Below, in pieces: positions 11,616-25,310 of a stretch of 64,000 bases of DNA. Both the position numbers and the translations under genes were made by a program. How positions within the stretch are numbered: the stretch's first letter is position 1; each line of letters opens with the position of its first letter. The notes under the pieces are model-generated. The model saw only the letters and a list, made by a program, of their open reading frames with translations. It ran no database searches and had not been told where the DNA came from. Source of the DNA: Octopus sinensis (Eukaryota); NCBI RefSeq assembly GCF_006345805.1, contig NC_043009.1, positions 61,318,001 to 61,382,000 of the forward strand, given 5' to 3'.

Positions 11616-12231
11616 TTCAAATCCACTCACAAGGCTTTGGTTGGCTCAAGTCTTCAGCAGAAGACACTTGCCCACATAGTGGGACTGAACCCAGACCATG
11701 TGGCTGGTAAGCAAACTACTTACCACACAGCCACTCCTGTGCCTGTTTAGAAATTGTTATTTCCATGCATAAAAGTGATTGTGTTGCCTACTTATTTTTG
11801 CTGTTGTGGGTAGTTTTGTGGCAGTATTTGGGTTGTGAATAAAAAGTTGTAACTGAATGGAAGATTTCATAAGTAGTCTATTTTCTATGACTGTTATGCC
11901 TAGCTATCTTATGGCTGGTCTGATACCCATCACTACCACATAAAATTGCGACGAACCGGCGTCCCATCCAGGTGGGGAACCTATATGCCAATGAAACTGG
12001 GAAACTGGCCCTTATGAGCCAAGCATGGCTCAAGAAAGAACAAACTACAACAGCAACATTATGTAAAATACTTCATATTTTTTGCTATGTCTGTTGTGGC
12101 TACCACCAGGATTAACACATGCCTTCACTGTGTTTGCTGTTACACTTGTGACCTGGTACAGTACCAATCAGGTATTTTGACTGGCCTTGTCACTCTAGGA
12201 CAAGTTGCATGCTTAGTAACCACTCTTTTAT

Positions 12232-12433
12232 TCTTTTTACTCTTTTACTTGTTTCAGTCATTTGACTGTGGCCATGCTGGAGCACCGCCATTAGTCGAGC
12301 AAGTCGACCCCATGACTTATTCTTTGTAAGCCTAGTGCTTATTCTATCGGTCTCTTTTTGCCGAACTACTAAGTTACAGGGACATAAACACACCAGCATC
12401 GGTTGTCAAGCGATGGTGGGGGGACAAACACAG

Positions 12434-12466
<33 letters not shown>

Positions 12467-12620
12467 CATATATACGACAGGCTTCTACCATATCCATTCA
12501 CAAGGCTTTGGTCATCCCAAGTCTATAGCAGAAGACACTTACCCAAGGTGCCATGCAGTGGGACTGGACCCGGAACCATGTGGTTGGTAAGCAAGCTACT
12601 TACCACACAGCTACTCCTAC
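12232..12620 (-). mobile_element. CORE-type SINE (family B)
   Basis: Full head-to-tail match. Further minus-strand copies lie at ~16185-16780, 16850-17280, 19653-20020, 36848-37205 and 40901-41440. Confidence 0.9.
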
Positions 12621-14001
12621 CACTATTAACAATTCCAGTGGACACTTGCTATGTAACTCTTTTCCACCCTTTCATTACCATATTTCTATTGTTTCAATTA
12701 ATTTTGAAAATTAAAGAATTTATTAAAATAACTTCGTCATTATTAAGCTAGTATTTGGAACATAGATTACAACAGAAGGTTTTTAGATTATTTTATATCA
12801 GGGAGTTTGTTCTATTGAACGAGGAGCTGTTTGAGTTGGGGTCATACCAAAAGGGTTAGGATAATTGTTAATGTAGTCATTATTTGGTTAAACAATTGAC
12901 GACTTAGGTGTACGTTTGTTGGAAACAATGACCTAACAGCAACTGAACGACTCTCAAAGAAGAAGGGAGGTAATTTTAAGAAATTAAGAAATTCTTTCAA
13001 TTTTGTGAAATTGATTCTAAATTTCTTGAAATTATCTCCCCCTTACTTCTCTATAGCTGTTAATAACCAACCGCTTGGTTAGTAGTTTCTTTCTCCAACT
13101 GAAAGGGAATTTTCAATCAATTGGGAAATTTTTTGTATAAGTCTTTTTTTTTTTTTTTGTATATTTTCGTATATGCAAAGAGTGTTCGTGTAGAAAGAAA
13201 GTGAGCGGACAGGCTAGTAGAACCAGAGAAAAGAGCGTGCAGGAATTTGTATGCATGTGATAGGGTATAGATGTTTGGTTAAGCAAAACCCATTAATCCG
13301 CTACGATGACCACCACCACCAACACCATCATCATCATTATTACTATCGTCCCACACCACCACCACCACCACCACCATCACCGTCACCATCACTATCGTTC
13401 CGTCCACCACCACCACCACCTTCATCATCAATATTAACCCCCACCACCACCACCACCACCACCACCTTCATCATCAATATTGCCCACCACCACCACCACC
13501 ACAATATCGATGCCGACCAATGCTATGACATCATCATTACGTCATCGCCTAAATTTGAAACTAAAATTCCTCGCAGGACATGTGACAGTCGTATGACTAA
13601 ATGGCATCACCTCTGAGCTTTGACCTGGGACACTTTTTTTACCCTTGGTCCACGTACATGCGTGTCATGTGTAGATGTCTACTTACTTATCCATTCACAC
13701 ATATACATCCAATCACACAAACACCCACACGATATCGCGTAGGATTATCTACACCCGTGCAACGTCTATATACACCCGCAATTACACAGACACCCGCCTA
13801 CATACGCGAACATGTGCTTTTACGCATTTGTAGACTCACACATAGATTGGTGCACACGTGCACACACATATAAACGTAGATACATACGTCAGTTTACACC
13901 CGTAGACTTACACACGTGTCAGTCTCATACGCACACACACACTGTTGTATACATGTATCTGTTATACATACTCACGCCTACACACACAGATATATTAGGT
14001 A

Positions 14002-14231
14002 CTACTTGAGAAAGTGGTCCCGGTGCGCGCACTCGCGTACTCGCGCATCCGGGCTAGCTAGTCGATCTTTACTTTGTGTTTTTGTGTTATTTACTTTGTT
14101 TGAAAAAATTATTTATTTTGTGTTTATATTTACTTTGCTAGGTAGTCGTTGTAGGATCGACTAGTCACGACTAGCTAGCGCATTTGCGCGACTATGCGAG
14201 TGCGCGCACCGAGACCACTCTTCTTAAGTAG
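14002..14231. mobile_element. CpG-rich MITE with ~63-bp TIRs and TA TSD (Tc1/mariner-type)
   Basis: ctacttgagaaagtggtcccggtgcgcgcactcgcg...gctagctagtcg is the near reverse complement of 14168-14231; TA at 14000-14001 and 14232-14233. Confidence 0.8.
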
Positions 14232-14979
14232 TACCCACACATTGTTGTATTCATGTATCTGTCATACTCAAATATACACACGCCTACACACACACACACT
14301 CACACACACGGATATATTATACGCCTGTTACACACAGATACGCACAAATTGACTTATACATGTCAGTTTTCGTATATAGACGCGCACATGTATCTGTTAC
14401 ACACACACACAGCATTTTCCATGTGTTTTGTTACAGACCGATATATACTTATAGACGTACGCATCTCCCAGTTACACACACACTCATAGCTATGTATCTG
14501 TTACGTATAGACGTTCATAGTTTTATAAGGGAGTTGCGCAGAGATTATACGCAGAAAAGACGTAAACATTTATTAAACAGAAATCGAATCTTGCTCTTTC
14601 AATCCTTAAACAGCCAATGAAAGACTCTTATGTTATATATTCACACATACATTATACCCGGATTGATAAATATGCACACGCAAACACGCTCAGTAACAGA
14701 CCCACACGTGCATTTATAGAACAACGCATGAATGCACAAGCATGGCTTTGTGGTTAAGAAGCATGCTTTGAAACCTACGGCTTCAGGTTCAGTCCCACTG
14801 CACTGCACCTAAATTTGAAACTAAAATTTCTCGCAGGCCATGTGACAGTCGTATGACTAAATAATGTCACCTCTGGGTTTTGACCTATGGTTTTTACCTT
14901 CAGTTCACATACACTTATGCAAATGGAGTGTCTTTTACAATAACCCAAGGCCCTGACAGTGAATTTATTACCATCATAT

Positions 14980-15135
14980 TTTTAAAGGAAGAAAAGAAAA
15001 AGAAAAACATTAAAAGTATGAAAGATCAAATTATAGAGAAAAAAAAACTCATAGCAATCTCACTAAGAAAACAAAGAAAAAGAAACAAAGAGGGTGTGGA
15101 ATTAAGCAGCAGAAGATGGGGCAGGAGGGGGTAGT
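14980..15135 (+). repeat. Unclassified dispersed repeat, inverted copy at ~24015-24180
   Basis: aaacattaaaagtat(g/a)aa(a/g)g(a/g)tcaaattat..ga shared in opposite orientation. Confidence 0.65.
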
Positions 15136-16403
15136 GGGTTGTACACCCCAGACCAAATGGTTTGGTCAGCTATGCCTTGCAGACATGATTGTAAATGTGT
15201 TACTGCGGAGAATGGCTGGTGCCACTCGCAGCAACAGTGGCTCTGTCTAATGGGGCCCATTCCTCAGACAGACTGCAGTTATCCTGATTTTGTGGAGGAA
15301 ATTAGCAGTGCAGGATCTGAGAACTCTTGAAGTCTCAACGGCAATTGACACAAACTGATAGCAGCTGGTCAGGCTCTTGTATTTGTTCGTTTCTTTTTTG
15401 CTTTTACAGGCATTGATACCTGGTCTTGTGAGTGAATTTGGTCAACAGAAACTGTATGAATGTCCAGAGAGAGAGAGGGGAGTTGTCTTTGGGTCTGACA
15501 AATTCAAAAAGAAGCTGTGTCAAGCCACTTAGAATAAAGTAATCAAAGACGACTTTAAGAGTGAATAAACAGCATCTAGTCCAACAAAGTAAACTGTTTC
15601 TGCCTTTGTATGTCATATATTATAAATTATGTAGCTTTTCCTAAACTGTTTTTCTTTAGTTCCCAATGGGTGATAGAAGAAACAGAAAATATATTTTGTC
15701 TGACTAATGTTTATGGATTAAATATAAAAATAAATAAATCTTTCCTTCTTGAGCCATGCCAGGATCATAAGGGCCAATTTCCTGATTTCAATGGAATATA
15801 AATGCCCCACCTGGACAGGACACCGATCCGTCGCAGGATAACTCATTTTTGCCAGCTGAGTGGACTGGGGCAACGTGAAATGAAGTGTTTTGCTCAAGGA
15901 CACAATATATCACCCAGTCCAGGAATTGAAACCACAATGTTACAATCATGAGTCCAACGCCCTAACCACTAAGCCATGTGCCTCCACAAATATCACATAT
16001 GCATGTGTGTGTGTGTGGAGAGAAGGGCAGAGAGAGGGTGCATGTGTGTAGTATATGAACATGTGTGTGATGGGGGTTTGTGTTTGTACCTGTTGAACAC
16101 CTGGGCCGGTGTAATTGACTTTCCACCTTCCTGAACGTGCTGGCCTTGTGCTGATATTTGAAACCAATATCAAACATATGTATTCTTTTATTCTTTTACT
16201 GGTTCTAGTAATTTTACTGTGGCCATGCTACAGCACCTCTTTTAGTCGAACAAATCAACCCAGGACTTATTCTTTGTAAGCCTAGTACTTATTCTATCAC
16301 TAAGTTACGAGGACCAATATCAGCTGTCAAGTGATGGTGGGGGGACAAACACAGACACAAACATATACACATATATGCATATACGTATATATATATATAT
16401 TAT

Positions 16404-16446
<43 letters not shown>

Positions 16447-16564
16447 TCATCATCATTTAGCGTCCGCTTTCCATACATATATATATACACATACACACAT
16501 ATATATGTGCATATGTTAGTTAGTTAGTTAGTTATATATATATACACACACACACATATATATA

Positions 16565-16618
<54 letters not shown>

Positions 16619-17369
16619 GTACGACAGGCTTCTTTCAGTTTCTGTCTACCAAATCCACACTCACAAGGATTTGGTCAGCCCAAGGCTTTAGTAGAAGACA
16701 CTCGCCCAAAGTGCCTCACAGTGGGACTGAACCCAGAACCATGTGGCTGGGAAGAAAGCTTCTTACCACACACACACACCGAATGCAAAACAAGTAAAAA
16801 GTTCAAATAGAGGAAAAAGTTTATTCCACTGTTTCAACCCACTGCATTTTATTCTTTTACTGGTTTTTGTCATTAGATTGCAACCATGCTGGAGCACTGC
16901 TTTGGAGGTTTTACTTGAAGAAATCAATCCCAGTCCCCTTTTTTTTAGGCTTGGTTCTTATTCAATTGGTTTCTTTTGACCAAGCCACTAAGTTAGGGGG
17001 TGTAAACAAACCAACATTAGTTGTCGAGCACTGGTGGTGGACAAACACAAGCACAAAGACACACACACAGATATATATGTACACACACTCACACACACAC
17101 AGATATATATATCCACACACACATATATATGACAGGCTTCTTTCATCTACCAAATCCACTCACAAGGCTTTGGTCAGCCTGGAGCTATAGTAGAAGACAG
17201 TTGCCCAAAATGTCATGCAATGGGACAGAACCCAGAACCATGTGGTTGATAAACAAGCTGCTTACCACACAGCCATGCCAGAACATCAGTTTACTGTTCA
17301 CTAATGTAGTCCATCACTAATTTCCTCAGATTTTGGCTTATCATTTAACAACAGTATACATGCACTGAG

Positions 17370-17680
17370 TGGAGGCACAATGGCCCAGTGGTTAGGGCAG
17401 CGGACTCACGGTTGGAGGATCACGGTTTCAATTCCCAGACTGGGCGTTGTGTGTGTTTATTGAGCAAAAACACCTGAAGCTCCGTGAGGCTCCACCAGGG
17501 GGTGGTGGCGACCCCTGTTGTACTCTTTCACCCCAACTTTCTCTCACTTTCTCTCACTATTTCTTCCTGTTTCTTGAGTAACGCTGCGATGGACTGGCGT
17601 CACGTCCAGCTGGGTAGGAGGAACACATATACCATAGAAACCAGGAAACTGGGCCCATGAGCCTGGCTAGGCTTGAAAAG
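17370..17680 (+). mobile_element. tRNA-derived SINE (family C)
   Basis: ggaggcacaatggcccagtggttagggcagcggactc...gtttcaattccc; partial copy at 21932-22130. Confidence 0.85.
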
Positions 17681-18436
17681 GGAGAAAAAAAATACATGCA
17701 CTGACATCAGTATGCATTGCAAGAAATTACAGTCAAATATCCCTCAAATCATGCTCTACAATCTTACAAAAAAGGAGTCATTTCGTCTGGTACATCCCCC
17801 TCAGTTCAGGTGTCTTGTACTGCAGGTTACTTGGTGTCTGCACTGTTGCTGGTGCCACATAAAAAGCAGCCATACACTCTGTAAAGTGGTTGGCATTATG
17901 AAGAGGTTCCAGTTATAAAAACTGTTCCAAAGCAGACATTAAGGGTTTGACATAATGCTCTGGCTCACCAGCTCTTGCAGAGCCATCCAACACATGCCAG
18001 CAAGAAAAGCAGATGTTAAGTGGTGGTGGTGGCGGCGGCGGCGGCGGCGGCGGTGGTGGTGGTGGTGGTGGTGGTGGTGGTGGTGGTGGTGGTGATGATG
18101 AGTAAAAGGTAATTTCAGTCACAGGTCTTCTGAGTAAACAACAACACACAAGTTGCAGCTCAAGTTCCAAATGTCCCCCAGCACAGAAAGAGAGAGTGGG
18201 AGAGAAGGGGTGGGAGAAGGATGAGGGGGAGAAGTGGAGGAAGAATGAGGGAGAGTTTCTGTTGTCCCTTTATTCCAAAGGGCCAGCCTTGTCACACTGA
18301 ATCTCTCCCGAGAACTACATTAAGGGTACATGTATCTGTGGAGTGCTCAGACACGTGTACATTAATTTCACAAGCAGGCTGTTCTATTGATCAGATCAAC
18401 TGGAACCCTCGTCGATGTAACCGACGGAGTGCAAAC

Positions 18437-18478
<42 letters not shown>

Positions 18479-18645
18479 TGAGAGATGAACAGACGTGTAT
18501 ATGCTCAGAGAAGGATACACACACACCCACACATATATTTATATACACTAAGAGGCAGACATGCATAAATATGGTGAGAGATAGATGTACACATATACAC
18601 ATATACATACAACAGATAGATACACACTCCCTACTCTTTTCTCTC

Positions 18646-18682
<37 letters not shown>

Positions 18683-18959
18683 TATATACATATGTATTGA
18701 TTAAGAGATAGACTTACATACACATATACTTAAGATAAGCACTCACAGATATACATACATGCTAGTGTGCCTGCATATACACATTGATTTACACATGCAC
18801 ATGCCCCCCCAACACACACACAAACACACACACAAACACACACACAAACACACACACGCATACACACACACATTCATCTTCATGGTGCTACCATCTATAG
18901 TAATATCATAAGCATAGCTTTTTGTATATTACTATAATTAAAGTTCATCATGTATACAT

Positions 18960-19572
18960 GTGTGTGTCGTGGCCGTGACACGTAAAATACTCCAATGCGA
19001 CCGTACGACAGGCACCCATGCCAACCCCCTTTGCTTGCGAAGACATGTTGGGGCAAGCGAAATCGAAATCGAATTGAACCAGCCAGGATCCCTGGTCTGG
19101 TGGTACGTAAAAAGCACTATCCGACTCGTGGCCGTGGCACGTAAAATACTCCATGCGACCGTACGACAGGCACCCTTGCCAACCCCCTTTGCTGTGAAGA
19201 CATGTTGGGGCAAGCGAAATCGAAATCGATTGACCCAGCCAGGATCCCTGGTCTGGTGGTACGTAAAAAGCACTATCCGACTCGTGGCCGATGCCAGCAC
19301 CGCCTCGACTGGCTTCCGTGCCGTGGCACATAAAATACACCAATCTGACTGTGGCCGTTGCCAGCCCCGCCTGGCACCTGTGCAGGTGGCACAAAAAAGC
19401 ACCCACTACACTCACGGAGTGGTTGGCGTTAGGAAGGGCATCCATGTAGAAACATTGCCAAATTAGACTGGAGCCTGGTGCAGCCTTCTGGCTTCCCAGA
19501 ACCCCGGTCGAACCGTCCAACCCATGCTAGCATGGAGAACGGACGTTAAACGACGATGATGATGATGATGAT
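18960..19572 (+). mobile_element. Young RTE LINE 3' UTR with ~160-bp internal tandem duplication
   Basis: gcgaaatcgaaatcga...ggatccctggtctggtggtacgtaaaaagcactatccgactcgtggcc occurs twice; CpGs are retained; (GAT)n tail. Confidence 0.8.
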
Positions 19573-19579
19573 GAACATA

Positions 19580-19636
<57 letters not shown>

Positions 19637-19871
19637 TATATTATTATACATATACTCTTTACTCTTTTACTTGTTTCAGTCATTTGACTGTGGCCATGCT
19701 GGAGCACCACCTTTAGTCAAGCAAATCGACCCCAGGACTTATTCTTTGTAAGCCTAGTACTTATTCTATCAGCTCTTTTGCTGAACCGCTAAGTTACGGG
19801 GACATAAACACACGACCATCCATAGTCAAGCGATGTTGGGGGGATAAACACAAACACACAAACATATACAC

Positions 19872-19931
<60 letters not shown>

Positions 19932-20506
19932 GATGGGCTTCTTTCAGTTTCCGTCTACCAAATCCACTCACAATGCTTTGGTCGGCCCAAGGCTATAGTG
20001 GAAGACACTTGCCCAAGGTGTCTATTTGAGTGTGACTGATGCCAGTGCCGCCTGACTGCCACAAGCGCTGGTGGCACATAAAAAGCACCATTCAAGCATG
20101 GCCGATGGCCAGTGTTGCCTAACTGGCACCCGTGCCGGTGGCATGTAAAAGGCACCCAGTACACTCTTGGAGTGGTTCGCATTAGGAAGGGCATCCAACT
20201 GTAGAAGCCTTGCCCATACAGATTGGAGCCTGGTGCAGCCTTTCCTGCCTTGCAATCCTCAGTCAAGCCATCCAACCCATGCCAGCATGGAAAGCAGACA
20301 TTAAACGATGATGATGATGGTGATGATGATGATGATGATGATGACATCGTGGTATAGATATTTTTTGGTTTCTTTTTGTTTGAGGCTATAGTTAATGTAA
20401 CGAGCCAAAACAAAGCTTTAATCAATACACAATTTGAATTAATTGGCATTAATTAAGAATCAATGCACGCATTACAATGGGGACTGAGTCTGATTTTGGC
20501 AATGCA

Positions 20507-20554
20507 CAACTACTCTGGATATGTTTCAGTCTATTAGACCTCCTCAGCTAGTTG
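20507..20554 (-). ncRNA. Decayed minimal hammerhead ribozyme (Penelope-type)
   Basis: CAACUAG-CUGAGGA-GGUCUAAUAGACU-GAAA-CAUAUC-CAGAGUAGUUG: intact CUGANGA/GAAA core, stem II GUCU/AGAC, stem I CAACUA/UAGUUG. Confidence 0.55.
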
Positions 20555-20861
20555 AAGTTGTAACAGCTCTATCAAAAAAGATGATTTAAGGGAATTGAGA
20601 TTTTACGAAAAATATAGAGTGACATTGTGACTTTAAAGGTCCAGGCAAAATGATTCAGAGCAGGAATAAATTTCTGTGAGAGGTTCATCACCTTTTTACT
20701 TACTGCTTCTTTTTTCCCCCTGTAAAAGAGTTATTCCCCTTTTATTCTCTATTTAATATTCATTTCACAAGTGTGTAGTATGCATGTATGTACGTGTGCA
20801 TGGGTTTGTGTTTATGCATATGAGTATATGTATCATCATCATCATCATCATCATCATCATT

Positions 20862-21280
20862 ACTCTCTTTACTCTTTTACTTGTTTCAGTCATTTGACCG
20901 TGGCCAAGCTGGAGCACTGCCTTTAGTCGAGCAAATCAACCCCAGGACTTATTCTTTGTAAGCCTAGTACTAATTCTATTGGTCTCTTTTGCCAAATCGC
21001 TAAGTTACGGCGATGTAAACACACCAGCATTGGTTGTCAAGCGTTGTTGGGGGACAAACACAGACACACAAACATATACACGCACACATACATACATATA
21101 TTTATATACATATATACGACGAGCTTCTTTCAGTTTCCGTCTATCAAATCCACTCACAAGGCTTTGGTCAGCCCGAGGCTATAGTAGAAGACACTTGCCC
21201 AAGGTGCCATGCAGTGGGACTGAACCTGGAACCATGTGGTTGGTAAACAAGCTACTTATCACACAACCACTCCTGCACCT
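20862..21280 (-). mobile_element. CORE-type SINE (family B), full length
   Basis: Complete match from tail tactcttttacttgtttcag to head ...ccactcctgcacc. Confidence 0.9.
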
Positions 21281-24200
21281 ATTATCATTAATCTTCATCT
21301 CATTATCATTATCATTTAATGTTCATCTTCCATGCTGGCATGGGTTGGACAGTTTGATAGGAGCAGGCAGACCAGAAGACTGCTCGAAGCTCTTCTGTCT
21401 GTTCTGGAATGGTGTCTATGGCTGGATGCCCTTCCTAATGCCAACCACTTTACAGAGTGGAGTGGGTACTTTTTTTACGTGGTACTGGCACCAATGTATT
21501 CACATATAAAATATAAAAGATGACAATATAGCTTGGTTAAAAAATCTTAGGAGTAATTTTTCTCCAGAACTCAGATGTTTCTCTTTGTATTTTTGATGAC
21601 AAACCAGAAATGAGACTTATGACCAGATATATACCATAATTGAAACTGTGGTATTATATCATCATCATCATCATCATTATCATCATCCTCATTTTCTTTT
21701 AGTGTCTGCTTTCCATGCTGGCATGAGTTAGATGGTTTAACTGGAACCGATGAGCTGTATCAGGTTCCAGTCTGATTTTAACCTGGTTTCCTGATGCCAA
21801 CCACTCCAGGAGTGTAGTGGGTGCCTTTTTACATGTCACTGGCATGGGTGCCCTTAACATGCCACCGGCACAGGTGGCTGTCACGTACCACCAGCACATA
21901 TGCCTTTTACATGTCCCCAGAACCAGCCACAGTGGAGGCACAATGGCCCAGTGGTTCAGGCAGCGGACTCGTGGCCGGAGGATCGTGGTTTTGATTCCCA
22001 GACCGGGCGTTGTGTGTGTTTATTGAGCGAAAACACCTAAAGATCCACGAGGCTCCGGCAGGGGGGGGGCCACCCCTGTTGTACTCTTTTGCTCCAACTT
22101 TCTCTCACTTTTTCTTCCTGTTTCTTGTCCCTGACTTCCTACGCAACCACTGAGCCTGGATGCGCATTCATCCATTTGTTGATGCTCTTGGTGTCAGGGG
22201 TTGACCTACTTTCTCTTCTGCGGGTCTTACGAATAGCAAAGGACCATGTTTCGGACTTCTCCCACTGGGATGAAGACCGCTTTTCTCAACAGCGCTCAAC
22301 AGCACCAGCCACGACTGTGATTTCACTTGGCTTGACAAATCTTCTCAAGCTCATATAAAGATGTCTATATCCAAAGCTGAGGTGTATCCGTGATACATGC
22401 AAGAATGTGTGTATTCAAAACTGTGATATTCTTTTATTCTTTTACCTGTTTCAGTCATTTGAATGCAGCCATGCTGGAGCACTGCCAAGAATTTTTGGTT
22501 GATGACATTCAAGTAATATTCACGACACCAAGAAACAGTCTCTGCAGGTTCTAATATCCTCAAGGAACATAGGAATGGAATTTGTTCAAGGTGGTTGTGT
22601 GATAAGAACCTTGTTTCTCAACCACATGGTTCCAGGTTCACTCCCACTGCATGGTACCTTGAGCATGTGTCTTCTACTATAGCCTCAATCCAACTGAAGC
22701 CTTATGAGTGGATTTGGTAATTGGAAACTGAAAGAAGCCCATCATCATCATCATCGTCGTCATCGTCATCATCATCATCATTTAACATATGCTTTCCATG
22801 CTAGCATGGGTTGGACAATTTGACTGAGGATTGGTGAACCAGATGGCTGCACCAAGCTCCAATCTTGATCTGGCAGAGTTTCTACAGCTGGATGCCTTTC
22901 CTAACGCCAACCACTCTGAGAGTGTAGTGGGTGCTTTTACGTGCCATTGGCACAAAGCCAGTCAGGTGGTACTGGCAACAGCCACGCTCAAATGGCATTT
23001 TTTATGTGCCACCTGTACAGGAACCAGTCCAGCGGCACTGGCAACGACTTTGCTCAAATGTTTTTCACGTGCCACCAGCACAAATGCCAGTAAGGCGACA
23101 TATATATATATATATATATATAAATACACACATATATTAACCGGTGTTGGTGAGTTTATGTCCCTGTAACTTAGCAGTTCCATAAAAGAGACTAATCGAA
23201 TAAGTAATAGGCCTAAAAAATAAGTTCTGGGTTTGATTGTTTGACTAAAACCCTTCAAGGTCGTGTTCCAGCATTTGAGTGACAAAGAAATGATTTAGCA
23301 GACTTCTTAAGTTGTATAAGTCAAAAAGTTACCTGCATTCAATAAGATCGAATTCCATAATACTTTAGCAATGTCAAAGACCTGGCAAGCCAAGTGAGAC
23401 CATTATCTTGTAGCCTAAGCCAGGGGTGTAACCAGCCCACTTATGCGTACCTTTCCTTCATTGGACATTGCTTGCAAAGATCTGTTGAGGCAAGTGAAAT
23501 CGGAATCAAAATCAAATTCGATGACTGGCATCCGTGCTAGTGGAGCACTAAGAGCACCATCTGAGCATGAGTGTTGCCAGAACAGCTAACTGGCGTTCAT
23601 GCCGGTGGCATATAAAAAGCACCATTCGAGCATAATCATTACCAGCATCACCTTATTGGCACTTGTGCCGGTGTGCAGATGACACCTAAAAGAAAAACAC
23701 AATTTTCCGTGACTGTTGCCAGTACCACCTGGCTGGCCCTCATGCCAGTGGCACGTAAAAGCACCCACTATATTCTTGGAGTGGTTGGCGTTAGGAAGGG
23801 CATCCAGCTGTAGAAACTCTGCCAAATCAAGATTGAAGCTTGGTGCAGCCATCTGGTTCGCCAGTCCTCAGTCAAATCGTCCAACCCATGCTAGCATGGA
23901 AAGTGGACGTAAAACAAAGAACGATGATGATGATGAGTACCAGTGATTGTACCAATATTTCGTGAGGCACAGTTAAACATGCCATCTTTTCTGGAGTGTA
24001 CAATACATTACTCACCCACCCCACCATCTTTTACTGCTTGGTTCCTCCCCTCACACATTTTTCTGTTTGTTTTGTTTCCTTGGTGAGGCAGTTATGGATG
24101 TTTTTTCCTCAATAATTTGACCTTTTATACTTTTAATGTTTGTTTTTTCTCTTTCTTTTCTTCCAGCAAAAATATATTGTAAATAAAAAAAGCAGAATAA

Positions 24201-24512
24201 ATTTGGGAAATTAGACTGATTAATCAAAGAGATCCACAACTTGGACATGTAGCCTAGGAAATATAAACCGCTGTCGGCAACTCCAAAAATGATCTATCTA
24301 ATATTCTTATATTCTTTTACTTGTTTCAGTCATTTTGACTGTGGCCATGCTGAAGCCCCACCTTCAATAGTTTTAGTCAAACAATCAACCCCAGGACTTA
24401 TTTTTTTAGGCCTATTACTTATTCTATCAGTCTCTTTTGTGGAACTGCTACTTTATAGGAACATAAACTCACCAACACCGGTTAATATATGTATGTGTGT
24501 GTAGATATATAG

Positions 24513-24547
<35 letters not shown>

Positions 24548-24828
24548 ATATATATATGATGGGCTTCTTGATCTATGTTAAAGGGAGGAATGGCAGATTA
24601 GACAAAATCCCACTGTAGATAAGCTTTTGAGAGCTTCGTTATGTCACTGAAACACCAAATATTGTGTAGTAAAAGATGGAAAAAGATAAACATCACAAAT
24701 GTATTCAACATCTCGAAGAGGTGAAGAATTTCTGAATTGGGACTCTGAGAGTAGAACAGTTCTATGCAGCTCAAGGGTAAGTGGACTAAATTACATCAAA
24801 GGTAACTTGAATGAGAAAAACACATTGT

Positions 24829-24947
24829 CGTGGTGGTGGTGGTGGTGGTGGTGGTGGTGGTGGTGGTGGTGGTGGTAGTGGTTGTGGTGGTGGTGGTGGT
24901 GGTGGTGGCGGCAGCGGCGATGGTATTGATGATGATGACGACGATGA

Positions 24948-24981
<34 letters not shown>

Positions 24982-25056
24982 GGTTGTGGTGGTAGTGGTG
25001 GTGGTGGCAGCGGCGGCGGTATTGATGATGATGACGATGATGATGATGATGATGAC

Positions 25057-25087
<31 letters not shown>

Positions 25088-25310
25088 GTGGTGCTGGTGG
25101 TGGTGCTGGTGGTGGTGGTGGTGGTGGTGGTGGTGGTGATGGTGATGATGCTGATGATGATGATGGCAATGATGTTGATGAGGAGGGGAGGAGGATGGGA
25201 ATGATGAGAATGATGATGATGATGATGATGATGATTATAAAAATGACATAATAATAACTATAATGATGATGATAATGACAATGATGATGATGCTGATGAT
25301 GCTGATGATG
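24829..25310. repeat. Compound (GGT)n/(GAT)n microsatellite
   Basis: Direct reading; includes an internal ~100-bp duplication. Confidence 0.95.

Noticed and set aside
17370-17445. Functional tRNA genes in SINE heads (also 21932, 48280, 51840)
   Set aside because: They continue into SINE bodies or tails and lack a complete acceptor stem and terminator
22225-22280. Hammerhead-like cgaaacatggtc on the minus strand
   Set aside because: No upstream CUGANGA
24786-25251. Gly/Asp/Pro-rich ORFs (also 37731-39691, 43013-43381, 57078-57537)
   Set aside because: Simple-repeat artefacts
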